A stretch of 54,810 nucleotides of DNA, from NCBI GenBank assembly GCA_965612785.1, contig CBFDTC010000001.1:1-54810 (forward strand). Direction: 5' to 3'. Position 1 is the first letter of the stretch; the number at the start of each line of letters is the position of its first letter. A model generated the notes under the pieces. That model saw only the letters and a list, made by a program, of their open reading frames with translations, was not told where the DNA came from and made no database searches. Made by a program: the position numbers and the translations under genes. This stretch comes from Candidatus Bathyarchaeota archaeon (GTDB taxonomy: Archaea; Thermoproteota; Bathyarchaeia; TCS64; CBFDTC01). Below are positions 43,785-52,270 of this stretch, piece by piece.

Positions 43785-45127
43785 GAGACGGGTATCCCGT
43801 ACTTTTCCGCCACGTCCTTGAACGCCTCGGCCACGTGGCGAACCTGCCTCCAGCTCAGCCCGTACGTGTTCAGCTTAACCCTCCTCGTCAGGCCTGGCTG
43901 GAGTCCGAACACGCCTCTCCTGCGGAGCTCCTCGTAGAGGAAGTACCCACGCCGCTTATGCTTCTTGGAGACTTCGTGGAAGTCCGGGAACTCCATGCAT
44001 ATCAGCGTGTGTTGCTTGGGCTTCACTCCTAATTGTTTCGACCTCCCTATCTTCTCAAGCTCTGAGACGAGCCACCTAGCCTTCTCGACCTCCTCAGCCC
44101 ACCTCCCGACACGCTCCTTGACGTGGGGTAGGGATGCCATCATGGCCACGGCGACCCCGCCCATCAGGGTGCATCCGAGGAGCTCCACCTCCTTCCCCTC
44201 CCTGAACCTGCTCTCCCTGAACACCCTGTCGGCCCACTCCTCCCTGACGGCCAGTATTCCGGACGGAGCCGGGGATGCGAACGACTTGTGTCCGCTGGCT
44301 GCGAGGAAGTCTGCCCCGAGCTCCCTCCCGTCCACGGGCATCACGCCCGCCGTGTAGGCGCAGTTCAAGAGGAGCGGTATCCCCCTGTCCTTGAGCGTCT
44401 CGGAGACCCTCTTTGCGTCGTGCAGGTTTCCGACCTTGTAGTCCACGTGGGAGAGAACGGCGAGGACGGGCGGCTTCCCCGTCTCCCTCTCGACCTCGTC
44501 GGCCTTCTCGCCGTAGGCCTCCGGGTCTACCCTGTACTCCGGGTAACCCGTGTTCGGAACTTCGACCACCCTGGCTCCAGCCTGCTCGGCGGCCAGGTAG
44601 ACCGTGTAGTGGCTTAGGGAGTCGACGAGCACCGTGTCCCCCGGCTTGACGAGGGACGACATGACGGCTTGGAAGCACCGCCTTGCGCCTGGGAACAGCC
44701 TTGCCTCGTCCATACCGAGGAACTCAGCCAGCTCCCTGTGGAACTCCATGAGGTTTGGCCTCCTTATCCTGTCAAGCCTGAACGGTGGTAGGCAGTAGTC
44801 GCAGACGGAGTACCCGTCGCAGTACGCCGTCAACGTCTTCCTGGCCTCGGGTGGTAGAACCCCGCCCCTCTGTATGGGCTGGACGCTGACGTACTCCTCC
44901 TCCACGGACCTGGCAACTATGCCAGGGGCGGACTGGATGGGCGGGGCGTCTCCGCTCCTCCACTCCTCCAGAACCGTCAGGGCTTCCCGAACCCTCTCCA
45001 GGGCCTTCAGGACGACTGTTCTCTGCTGCTCCGTCAGGGTGTGGTCGGGCGTCGTTTCCCTGAGAACCTGCCTCACGTCCTCGAGGGCGAACAGCGCCTC
45101 GTACAGGGCTCTAACCTTAACGTCCAT
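43781..45127 (-). CDS. pscS: O-phospho-L-seryl-tRNA:Cys-tRNA synthase (SepCysS) with an N-terminal helical extension of about 65 aa
   Basis: The core pattern is ..QRGG.L...AR..L......GYSVCD.C......I..P....F...LAEFLGMD..R...GAR......M.SL..PGD.V..D...HYT.YLAAE.AG..V.EVP.., with PLP Lys in GSGHKS-like ASGHKSFA and LGCT. The N-terminal 60-70 aa have no counterpart in minimal SepCysS. Confidence 0.85.
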   Translation of the reverse strand: MDVKVRALYEALFALEDVRQVLRETTPDHTLTEQQRTVVLKALERVREALTVLEEWRSGDAPPIQSAPGIVARSVEEEYVSVQPIQRGGVLPPEARKTLTAYCDGYSVCDYCLPPFRLDRIRRPNLMEFHRELAEFLGMDEARLFPGARRCFQAVMSSLVKPGDTVLVDSLSHYTVYLAAEQAGARVVEVPNTGYPEYRVDPEAYGEKADEVERETGKPPVLAVLSHVDYKVGNLHDAKRVSETLKDRGIPLLLNCAYTAGVMPVDGRELGADFLAASGHKSFASPAPSGILAVREEWADRVFRESRFREGKEVELLGCTLMGGVAVAMMASLPHVKERVGRWAEEVEKARWLVSELEKIGRSKQLGVKPKQHTLICMEFPDFHEVSKKHKRRGYFLYEELRRRGVFGLQPGLTRRVKLNTYGLSWRQVRHVAEAFKDVAEKYGIPVS

Positions 45128-45128
45128 G

Positions 45129-45168
45129 CCGAACCAAAGAGGAGTTCGGATGGATTCGTTAAAAAATG
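45129..45168 (-). promoter_or_regulatory. HAD/SepCysS intergenic element: T6 tract plus 6-bp inverted repeat
   Basis: On the minus strand the sequence reads TGA-AC-ATTTTTTAAC...CCGAAC-tcctctttg-GTTCGG-C-ATG. The oligo-T could terminate the HAD transcript and/or act as a TATA box for SepCysS. The hairpin lies directly 5' of the ATG. Confidence 0.35.
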
Positions 45169-45169
45169 T

Positions 45170-45856
45170 TCACAGCCTCCCGAGGAGCTCCGGGAGCTCC
45201 CCGAGCCTCCTTATGACGTGGTGGGGTCTGACGTTCGGCGTCTCCACCACCTCGACTATCATCGTGTGTCCGCTTATCCCGGTGGGGTAGAGGACCGTGA
45301 TCATTCCGGCCCTCAAGCCCGCCTCCACGTCGTCCCCCATGTTCCCCACGAACACGCAATCCCCGGGCTCGACGCCCAGCATCTCCGAGGCCTTGAGCAG
45401 GCCGGACGGGTCGGGCTTCACGGCTCCGGCCTCCTCCTGGCTGACGGACACGTCTACGAGGCGGGATATCCCCGTGGCCTCCAGCTTTATGTCGAGCACC
45501 TCCCTCAAGGCGTCTGAGACCACCGCCAGGCCGTATCGGCTCCTCAAGGCTCTGAGCGTCTCCAAGGCCTCCGGCATGGGCTTCAGGAGGTGCACGTTCT
45601 CCCTGTGAACCCTCACCCAAGCATCCTCCGGGGCCCCTATGAACCTGCAGAAGTGCCTCCAATCGTACCAGAAGGGTGTCCCCCGGAACACGCGGTACTC
45701 CTTGACCCTCCTCATCACCTCATCCCTCGTGGCCCCGGTCGCCCTGACGGCCTCCTCGACGAGCATCTCTATGTTCCTCCTCTCGTACTCGGAGTTGTCC
45801 ACAAGCGTACCGTCCAGGTCGAACAAGACGGCCCTCACGTCCATTGCCAAAAACAT
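45170..45856 (-). CDS. HAD-superfamily hydrolase (subfamily IA)
   Basis: Motif I is LFDLDGTLVDN. Motif IV is VGNMGDDV. The start may be the second Met (MDVRAVLFDLDGT, 45844). Confidence 0.85.
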   Translation of the reverse strand: MFLAMDVRAVLFDLDGTLVDNSEYERRNIEMLVEEAVRATGATRDEVMRRVKEYRVFRGTPFWYDWRHFCRFIGAPEDAWVRVHRENVHLLKPMPEALETLRALRSRYGLAVVSDALREVLDIKLEATGISRLVDVSVSQEEAGAVKPDPSGLLKASEMLGVEPGDCVFVGNMGDDVEAGLRAGMITVLYPTGISGHTMIVEVVETPNVRPHHVIRRLGELPELLGRL

Positions 45857-45879
45857 AACAATCGATCAACGGATAAAGT

Positions 45880-46875
45880 ATGGGACGGGCGTTGAAGGTC
45901 AGGGTGTCCGTCGGAACCGCCTCGGTCCTCGGTCTGTGCCGGTGTAGGCTGGACGCTGAGCCGACGACTGCGTACCTCATGCTGTACCACGAGGGGAGGT
46001 GCACCGCCAACTGCGGCTTCTGCCCACAGGCCAGGACCTCCACGGCCAGGACGGACATGCTCTCCAGGGTTGTGTGGCCTCCCTACGACCTCGGGGAGGT
46101 CTCAGAGGCCCTCAAGGTCTCCAAGGGTCTCAGGCGCATATGCGTGCAGGTCGTGAACTACCCCGGCTTCTGGGGGGACCTGATCCAGGTGGTCTCGGAG
46201 CTCTCAGACGCTGGTCTACCCATTTCCGTCTGCTGTCAGCCAGTGAGCCGGGAGATGGTGTGGGAGCTCAGGGACATGGGCGTCGAGAGGGTTGGGATAC
46301 CCTTGGACGCCGCCACTCCGGAGCTTTTCGACGCTGTTAAGGGCCGCTCGGCTGGGGGGCCCTACACGTGGAGGGGTCACATGGAGGCCATAGGGGAGGC
46401 GCTGGAGGTGTTCGGTCCGTGGATGGTTTCGACCCACCTCATCGTGGGTCTGGGTGAGACCGAGCTTGAGGCCGTGGAGTTCATACAGCGGATGGCGGAC
46501 ATGAAGGTCACGACGGGCCTGTTCGCCTTCACGCCTGTGAGGGGGACGAGGCTTGAGGGGCTGGAAAGGCCGAGCCTGTCTTCGTACAGACGAGTCCAGC
46601 TCGCCCACACGCTCATATACAGAGGCCTGTCCAACCTGGGCAGGATGGAGTTCGACGAGGAGGGACGCATAACCGACTTCGGCGTGGACAGGGAGCTCCT
46701 CCTCGACATAGTCCTGTCCGGGGAGCCGTTCATGACGAAGGGGTGTCCAGGCTGCAACAGACCCTTCTACAACGAGGATCCTGGAGGACCGATGTACAAC
46801 TACCCCTACAAGCCCCCGAAGGAGCGAATGGTCGAGGAGGCCAGGATGCTCGGCCTACTCGACGACGCAGCATGA
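45880..46875 (+). CDS. Radical SAM protein, archaeal LipS-type (two-component lipoyl synthase) candidate
   Basis: CxxxCxxC motif CTANCGFC, a biotin/lipoyl-synthase-like TIM barrel, and a C-terminal CPGCNRPF. It is clustered with a second radical SAM gene and a split lplA. Confidence 0.75.
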   Translation: MGRALKVRVSVGTASVLGLCRCRLDAEPTTAYLMLYHEGRCTANCGFCPQARTSTARTDMLSRVVWPPYDLGEVSEALKVSKGLRRICVQVVNYPGFWGDLIQVVSELSDAGLPISVCCQPVSREMVWELRDMGVERVGIPLDAATPELFDAVKGRSAGGPYTWRGHMEAIGEALEVFGPWMVSTHLIVGLGETELEAVEFIQRMADMKVTTGLFAFTPVRGTRLEGLERPSLSSYRRVQLAHTLIYRGLSNLGRMEFDEEGRITDFGVDRELLLDIVLSGEPFMTKGCPGCNRPFYNEDPGGPMYNYPYKPPKERMVEEARMLGLLDDAA

Positions 46876-47823
46876 ACTCCGCCACTCGACGCTTATCCCC
46901 AGCCTACGGGCCTCCTCCACCGTCTCACGCCTAGGAAGGACAACCCTGTCCACACCAGCCCTCAGCAGGAGCCTCTCAACCTCAGCCGCGTACCGTCCCC
47001 TGGGCCTCATACAGCCGAGCCCTATGTCGGCCTCAGGCATGAGGAGCCTCGTCAGGGCCACCAGGGCGGCGACCTCTGTGGGCCTCGGCGGCTCGACGTG
47101 CTGGAAGTCCGTCCCAGGCGTCGGTATCAGGATGATGAACGTCAGGTTCCGTATGCCCAAGCCGTACACCATCCTAACGGCGTTGAGCTCCCCCCTGACC
47201 CGGCCTCCATGCAGGCCTATACACACATGCGGACACACCTTCACACCGGCCTCCGAGAGGTTGCGCATAGCCCTGGCGTAGTCCATAGGCGTCGCGTCGA
47301 GGCCGTGTACCCACCTGACCGTGTAGGGGTCTCCGGGGGCGTCCATGGAAGCGACCTCGACGCCGGAGGAGGCTATTCTCTGCGCCGTCTCGGAGTCGAC
47401 GAGGCCGGGATGCATGTTCATCCTCAAACCCATCTCCGATCCCTCCTTCAAGGTGTCGAGGAAAGGCTCGACTGGGAGCCTCCCAGACTTGGTGTAGCCT
47501 CCGCTTATCAGACACCCAACCCCGCCGGAGTCGGCGAGTTCCCTCAGCCTCCTCTCCAGAAGCTCCGGCCTTTCAGCCCACTCCATGGCTTTCAGGTAGA
47601 CACGCCTGCAGTGTCTACAGTCGAGCTCACACCGTCCTCCTGTTATCGATATGGAGGGATAGTTCGGGTACGGTCTGTAGGCCCTGAGGCGTCTCCTCGA
47701 CGTCTGGAAGGCCTCGTCCAGGACTTCCTGGAGATCCAGCTCGACGGTCCTGAGTATCCTATGCGTCTCCTCGGCCGTCAGGTTCCGCCTCCTCACGGTT
47801 TCGAGTATCCTATCGGGGTTCAA
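46855..47823 (-). CDS. Radical SAM protein, second LipS-type lipoyl synthase component candidate
   Basis: CxxxCxxC motif CELDCRHC. It is translationally linked (14-nt overlap) to the upstream lplA C-domain gene. Its 3' end overlaps the convergent radical SAM gene by 21 nt. Confidence 0.75.
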   Translation of the reverse strand: MNPDRILETVRRRNLTAEETHRILRTVELDLQEVLDEAFQTSRRRLRAYRPYPNYPSISITGGRCELDCRHCRRVYLKAMEWAERPELLERRLRELADSGGVGCLISGGYTKSGRLPVEPFLDTLKEGSEMGLRMNMHPGLVDSETAQRIASSGVEVASMDAPGDPYTVRWVHGLDATPMDYARAMRNLSEAGVKVCPHVCIGLHGGRVRGELNAVRMVYGLGIRNLTFIILIPTPGTDFQHVEPPRPTEVAALVALTRLLMPEADIGLGCMRPRGRYAAEVERLLLRAGVDRVVLPRRETVEEARRLGISVEWRSSCCVVE

Positions 47824-48085
47824 CTCCCGCAGCCTTCAGGACTACCTCAACCAGGTCCCTCACGGATACTCCGACGAGTGTGGCGTTCAGGTCTGCGACG
47901 GCTGAAGACACCCTCTCAGCCACTTCCTCCGGGTCCAGCCGGGAGCCGACGAGCCTCTTCTCGACCTCTTCGACGACGTCCTCTGGGTGGGCGAAGAAGT
48001 CTCCCGTTATCCTCACCCTGGCGATCCGACCGTCGGAGACCTCCACCTCGGCCTCGACGAGCTTCCCTCCAGCAACCTTCTTCAC
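47810..48085 (-). CDS. Lipoate-protein ligase C-terminal domain protein (LplB-type)
   Basis: 91 aa with ..K..GGKL......V.DG.I..V.ITGDFF..PE......E..L.G... typical of the Lip_prot_lig_C domain. It follows the LplA catalytic-domain gene. Confidence 0.8.
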   Translation of the reverse strand: MKKVAGGKLVEAEVEVSDGRIARVRITGDFFAHPEDVVEEVEKRLVGSRLDPEEVAERVSSAVADLNATLVGVSVRDLVEVVLKAAGVEPR

Positions 48086-48103
48086 GGCGAAGCCCAGCCG
48101 GAT

Positions 48104-48871
48104 TCACCTCCTGAACGTCCACCACTCGGCGGAGTACTTCTCCCTAGCAAGCCTCTCAGCCTCCGCAGCCTCCCAATCCGTCAGCTTTCCAGGCCTGAGC
48201 TCCACGCCGAGCCTCTCCTCGAAGCCCTCCTTCAGAGCCTCGGCCACCTCCTGGAAGCTCGGCTTCCTGCCGAGTTCCATGGTGAGGGATGTGACCCTCT
48301 GCTTGACGTCGCTTATCAGCTTGTCCCTTATCTTCTCCTTCGGCACCCTTAGAACGGTGAACATCTTCTCTACGTCCACCTCCAAGAGTATCGTCCCATG
48401 CTGGAGGACGACTCCCATACGCCTCGTCTGGGCGTTTCCTGAGACCTTCCTGCCGTGGACGACTATGTCGTTCACGGGTTTGAACTCCGCCTCGACGCCG
48501 AGCCTCCTCAACCCTGACACGATTCCGCCGCATATGGCTCGGTAGGACTCCATTATGTCCTTGGGTATCGAGTCCGACGTCTCGGAGGCTACGAGGCTGT
48601 ACGTGACCTCCCCCACGTAGTCGTGGTACACCGCCCCGCCTCCCGTGATCCGCCTCACGACGTCCACACCGTTCCTCCTGCATGCTTCGAGGTCCACGAC
48701 CCTCCTGACGGCTTGGAAGTACCCTATCGACACGGCGGAGGGGTTCCACCTGTAGAACCTTACGGTGTTCGGAGCTCTTCCCTGGGACACGGCCCTCATT
48801 ATGGCCTCGTCTATCGCCATGTTCATGTAGGCCGTGTTCACCGAGAGCTCCAGCAGCCTCCACGTCTCCAT
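48104..48871 (-). CDS. lplA: Lipoate-protein ligase A, catalytic (BPL_LplA_LipB) domain
   Basis: The N-terminus ..WRLLE........NMAIDEAI...V..G..PNT.RFY.W.P.AVSIGYFQ and ..GGGAVYHD.. / ..GRK.SGNAQ.R.. are diagnostic. Confidence 0.9.
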   Translation of the reverse strand: METWRLLELSVNTAYMNMAIDEAIMRAVSQGRAPNTVRFYRWNPSAVSIGYFQAVRRVVDLEACRRNGVDVVRRITGGGAVYHDYVGEVTYSLVASETSDSIPKDIMESYRAICGGIVSGLRRLGVEAEFKPVNDIVVHGRKVSGNAQTRRMGVVLQHGTILLEVDVEKMFTVLRVPKEKIRDKLISDVKQRVTSLTMELGRKPSFQEVAEALKEGFEERLGVELRPGKLTDWEAAEAERLAREKYSAEWWTFRR

Positions 48872-48875
48872 GGCC

Positions 48876-49865
48876 CTACAGCTCCTCTATTATTCCGACA
48901 GGTGCTATTAAATCTGCCAGGTCCACACAGTTCCTGCCGAACTCCTCCATGTAGGAGGCTATGGATATCATGCTCGGAAACTCCTCAGCCCTGTCCCTCA
49001 ACCCGTCCAGGGTCTCCACAAGCTGCTCCAAGTCAGACCTAACCTCAGACAGCACCCGGATTTCCGAGGAGAGGAAGCCCCCGAGGGCGTTGACCTGCAT
49101 CTCAGCAGCCACGTCGAACAGAGGCCTGACGGCCTCTAGAAGCCACCCCTCGAGGGGCCTGTCCAGCTCCTCGACCTCCCTGGCCATGTTGGAGACTATG
49201 TCCCCGTTCGCCTCCAGAAGGTTTGCGGCAACCCTGTGGTCGAGGCACTGTATGGCGGTCAGGCCGAGCTCGTCGGCCAGACCCGGCCTGCTGGCGGCGG
49301 CCCTCAGAACCCTGACGGTCAGGAAGTAGAGCCTGTCTACGTCGTCGTCCCGCCTCCTGACCATCTCGGCCAGACTCCTGTCGGCTTCGGAGAGGGCTCT
49401 GAAGACGTCTTTGAGCATGCCGACGACGATGCCACACATCCTCTGCAGCATCCTCCTCGGATCCAGCAGGGATGGGTCGATTATGCAGTGTATCTCTATC
49501 TTCGTGGCGGTCTCCTCCATAACCTCAAGGCCTATCAGCTTCCTCATCGTTTCTTCAACCCTCGCCCTGTCCTTGCTCCCTATCCTTCCGCCGGATATCG
49601 TTATCACGTCGTACCCGAGCAGGTAGGCGCCTATTATCCCCCAGGTTATGTGATCCGGCTCCCGGACGGGGCATCTGATCAAAGCCCTCCTAGGAGCCTC
49701 CCTCTCCCCGTAGGCCGGGTCCACGATCAGCCTACCGTCGCCACGGTCTCTGACCTCCACGAGCGAGCCTCTCCTCAAACCCCACTTCTTAGCCCACTGC
49801 TTAGGAAGCGATATCATCAGCGTCCCTTTCCCAGTTTCCTGAACCCTACGGATAGCCCTAAACAT
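48876..49865 (-). CDS. AbrB/SpoVT-domain plus tandem PhoU-domain regulator (archaeal phosphate-uptake-regulator-like)
   Basis: The N-terminal swapped-hairpin motif is ..GKGTLMISLPKQWAKKWGLRRGS.VEV. The remainder is helical with PhoU-like repeats (..M...V..ML.D....L...D..LA..V...DD.VD.LY..). Confidence 0.8.
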   Translation of the reverse strand: MFRAIRRVQETGKGTLMISLPKQWAKKWGLRRGSLVEVRDRGDGRLIVDPAYGEREAPRRALIRCPVREPDHITWGIIGAYLLGYDVITISGGRIGSKDRARVEETMRKLIGLEVMEETATKIEIHCIIDPSLLDPRRMLQRMCGIVVGMLKDVFRALSEADRSLAEMVRRRDDDVDRLYFLTVRVLRAAASRPGLADELGLTAIQCLDHRVAANLLEANGDIVSNMAREVEELDRPLEGWLLEAVRPLFDVAAEMQVNALGGFLSSEIRVLSEVRSDLEQLVETLDGLRDRAEEFPSMISIASYMEEFGRNCVDLADLIAPVGIIEEL

Positions 49866-49933
49866 CTATATACCCATAACCAAACCCTAAAGATAAGTTT
49901 AAAGAAAGGGATCTATCCAAACCCAGATGGGGC

Positions 49934-50728
49934 ATGCCAGAATCCAAGGCGAAGCTCGTGGCCGCCACGGCCCTCTGCGCAGCCATATACGCCGTGACGT
50001 CCTACGCAACCAGCTACATAGAGTCTCCGTGGGGCATAGGTCAGTTCAGGCCTGCCGTGATAGTCCCCGCAGTCTTTGCGATACTGTTCGGCCCCTGGGT
50101 GGGTGGGGTCGGAGCGGCCGTCGGGACGTTCATCCAGAGCATAGCCAGGTACGGCCACCCGTGGCTGACGCTCGTCTCCGGGACGCCTGCAAACTTCTTC
50201 GGGTTCTACCTGATGGGCAGGCTGCTCAAGGGCCGTTTCACGTGGGCTAGGTTCCTGACAGTCTCGGTCGTGGTGTTGCTGTCGGCCAACCTCCTCTGCG
50301 CCTTCGGAGTCCTAGCGTTCTTCATCTTCACCGGGATGTTCTCAGCCGGTCTCCCAGTGTCGTTCTACCTCGGCTTCAGCACGGGCCTGACGCTCTGGTG
50401 GTACATAACGATGCTGCCGTTCATCCTCGTAGCCGTCCCCCCGATACTCAGAGCGGTGGCCAAATCGGCTCCGCACATCGTCCCAGAGGACGTCCTCAAG
50501 GCCGTGAACACCCCCGTCCCGTCCGGCCTGTTCACGAAGACTCTGATAGTCTCCGGCGTCTCTATGATCGTCGTGGGTCTGTGTACGCTCATACCCGGAG
50601 CGGAGTGGCTCGCAGTGGCCTACAGAACGCCTGACCTCGTCCTGTCGGGGATAAGGCTGATGTTCCTGATAACGGGAGGCGGATGCACGGCCGTCGGGGT
50701 CGCCGTGGGCGCCGCTTCGAGGGCCTAA
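49934..50728 (+). CDS. Polytopic membrane protein, N-terminal half resembling ECF-transporter S components (QueT-like)
   Basis: The pattern ..A.CAAIYAV.S........P.G..QFRPAV..PA.FA.LFGPW.GG.GAA.G is reminiscent of the QueT/ECF-S families. A C-terminal extension of about 90 aa with 2 TM follows. The family assignment is tentative. Confidence 0.5.
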   Translation: MPESKAKLVAATALCAAIYAVTSYATSYIESPWGIGQFRPAVIVPAVFAILFGPWVGGVGAAVGTFIQSIARYGHPWLTLVSGTPANFFGFYLMGRLLKGRFTWARFLTVSVVVLLSANLLCAFGVLAFFIFTGMFSAGLPVSFYLGFSTGLTLWWYITMLPFILVAVPPILRAVAKSAPHIVPEDVLKAVNTPVPSGLFTKTLIVSGVSMIVVGLCTLIPGAEWLAVAYRTPDLVLSGIRLMFLITGGGCTAVGVAVGAASRA

Positions 50729-51705
50729 GCCTTCTCGTAGAGGTGGCAGGCAACCCACCTGCCGCTGGAGACCTCAACCAGCTCGGGCTCCCGCTCGCTG
50801 CAGACGGGCATGGCCTCAGGACACCTGGGGTGGAACCGGCATCCCGGGGGTGGGCTGACGAGGTTCGGAGGCTCTCCGGCGACCGTCCTCCGCTTCTTGA
50901 GCCTGTTGCTGGGGTCAGGCTCCGGGACTACCTCTATCAAGGCGTTGGTGTACGGGTGCATCGGGTTGTGGACAACCTCCCTGAACTCGCCTACCTCGAC
51001 TATCTTACCTGCGTACATGACTGCGACACGCTTAGAGAAGTACTTGGCCGTGGCCATGTCGTGAGTTATGTACAGGAACGCTATGTTGTGCCTCTCCATG
51101 AGCTCCTTCAGGAGCATCAGTATCTCGGCCCTTATGGAGGCGTCGAGCATCGTGACGGGCTCGTCGGCCACGACGAAGTCCGGCTCGAGTATCATCGCCC
51201 TGGCTATGTTGACCCTCTGCATCTGCCCGCCGCTGAGCATGTGCGGGTACTTCGGTATGAAGTCTTCAGGGGGTGTGAGCTTGACCTCCTCCAACGCCTT
51301 ACAGACCCTCTCGTAACGTTCCTCACGCGTCCCGACGTTGTGTATCATCAGGGGCTCGCTGAGGGTGTGGTATATCGTGTACATCGGATCCAAGCTCGAG
51401 TACGGGTCCTGGAATATCATCTGGGCACGCCTCCTGAACCACTTGAGCTCCTTCTCCTTGGCGTGCGTTATGTCCTTCCCGTCGAATATCACACGGCCTG
51501 AGTAGGGTACGAGAAGCCTGAGGGCGGTCTTCCCCAGCGTCGTCTTACCGCACCCGGATTCGCCCACGAGGGCGAGGGCCTCCCCCCTCCTGAGGTGGAG
51601 GGAGACTCCGTCCACGGCCTTGACGTACAGGGGCTTCGAGAAGAGGCCCTTCCTGACCTGGTAGTACGTTCTGACATCTTCCAGGATGACTAGAGGCTCG
51701 TCCAT
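50725..51705 (-). CDS. oppF: Oligopeptide/dipeptide-type ABC transporter ATPase (OppF/DppF-like)
   Basis: Walker A GESGCGKTT, signature LSGGQMQRV, Walker B VVADEPV.MLD and H-loop ITHD are present. The C-terminal oligo_HPY extension has PHPYT and a Cys-containing tail (GCRFHPRCP...C). Confidence 0.9.
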   Translation of the reverse strand: MDEPLVILEDVRTYYQVRKGLFSKPLYVKAVDGVSLHLRRGEALALVGESGCGKTTLGKTALRLLVPYSGRVIFDGKDITHAKEKELKWFRRRAQMIFQDPYSSLDPMYTIYHTLSEPLMIHNVGTREERYERVCKALEEVKLTPPEDFIPKYPHMLSGGQMQRVNIARAMILEPDFVVADEPVTMLDASIRAEILMLLKELMERHNIAFLYITHDMATAKYFSKRVAVMYAGKIVEVGEFREVVHNPMHPYTNALIEVVPEPDPSNRLKKRRTVAGEPPNLVSPPPGCRFHPRCPEAMPVCSEREPELVEVSSGRWVACHLYEKA

Positions 51706-51754
51706 CTAAAAGACGGACTTGAAAAAGACGATTTAAATCTTCCCACCGTTTGGT

Positions 51755-52270
51755 ATGTTGGGAAGCCCCATGAGACACCTTCTCAGGCTTCCAGTCATAC
51801 TGGCGTTCTTCGCAGTGGGCATAGTCCTGTCAGCCGTGTCCTTCATCCCCAAGTTCATATACCTGAGCGGCGAAACCATAGACCTCAAGGTCCCAGCGAT
51901 GGGCGACTGCTCGACCCCCGTGGAGTACACGGGCTTCGTCAAGGCTCAGGCATCGGTCCCGGAGGGGGTCGAGGTCTACATCCTGACCGAGGGGGAGTAC
52001 GAGAGGTACCTGAACGACGGGGCCCTGCCGAAGAGGTTCATATCCAACGAGTCGGACAGCGTTTGGGTCAGGAACCCGTACATGCTTGTGGCCGTGAACG
52101 GCCTCGACAGGGACGTGGAGCTCTCGTTGAACGTGGAGGTGTACGAACGCAGGATGCCGTACGCACTCTTGTCCATACCAGCATACCTGGTGACGGTCTT
52201 CGCAGCTGCGCTCCTGATGTTCAGGGTCGTAAAAAAGTTTGGGGAAGAAATGGGGATTAGCTCTTCTTAG
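51755..52270 (+). CDS. Hypothetical bitopic membrane protein (171 aa)
   Basis: N- and C-terminal TM helices flank a soluble segment of about 110 aa. No recognised domain. Its 3' end overlaps the convergent SBP gene by 14 nt. Confidence 0.45.
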   Translation: MLGSPMRHLLRLPVILAFFAVGIVLSAVSFIPKFIYLSGETIDLKVPAMGDCSTPVEYTGFVKAQASVPEGVEVYILTEGEYERYLNDGALPKRFISNESDSVWVRNPYMLVAVNGLDRDVELSLNVEVYERRMPYALLSIPAYLVTVFAAALLMFRVVKKFGEEMGISSS

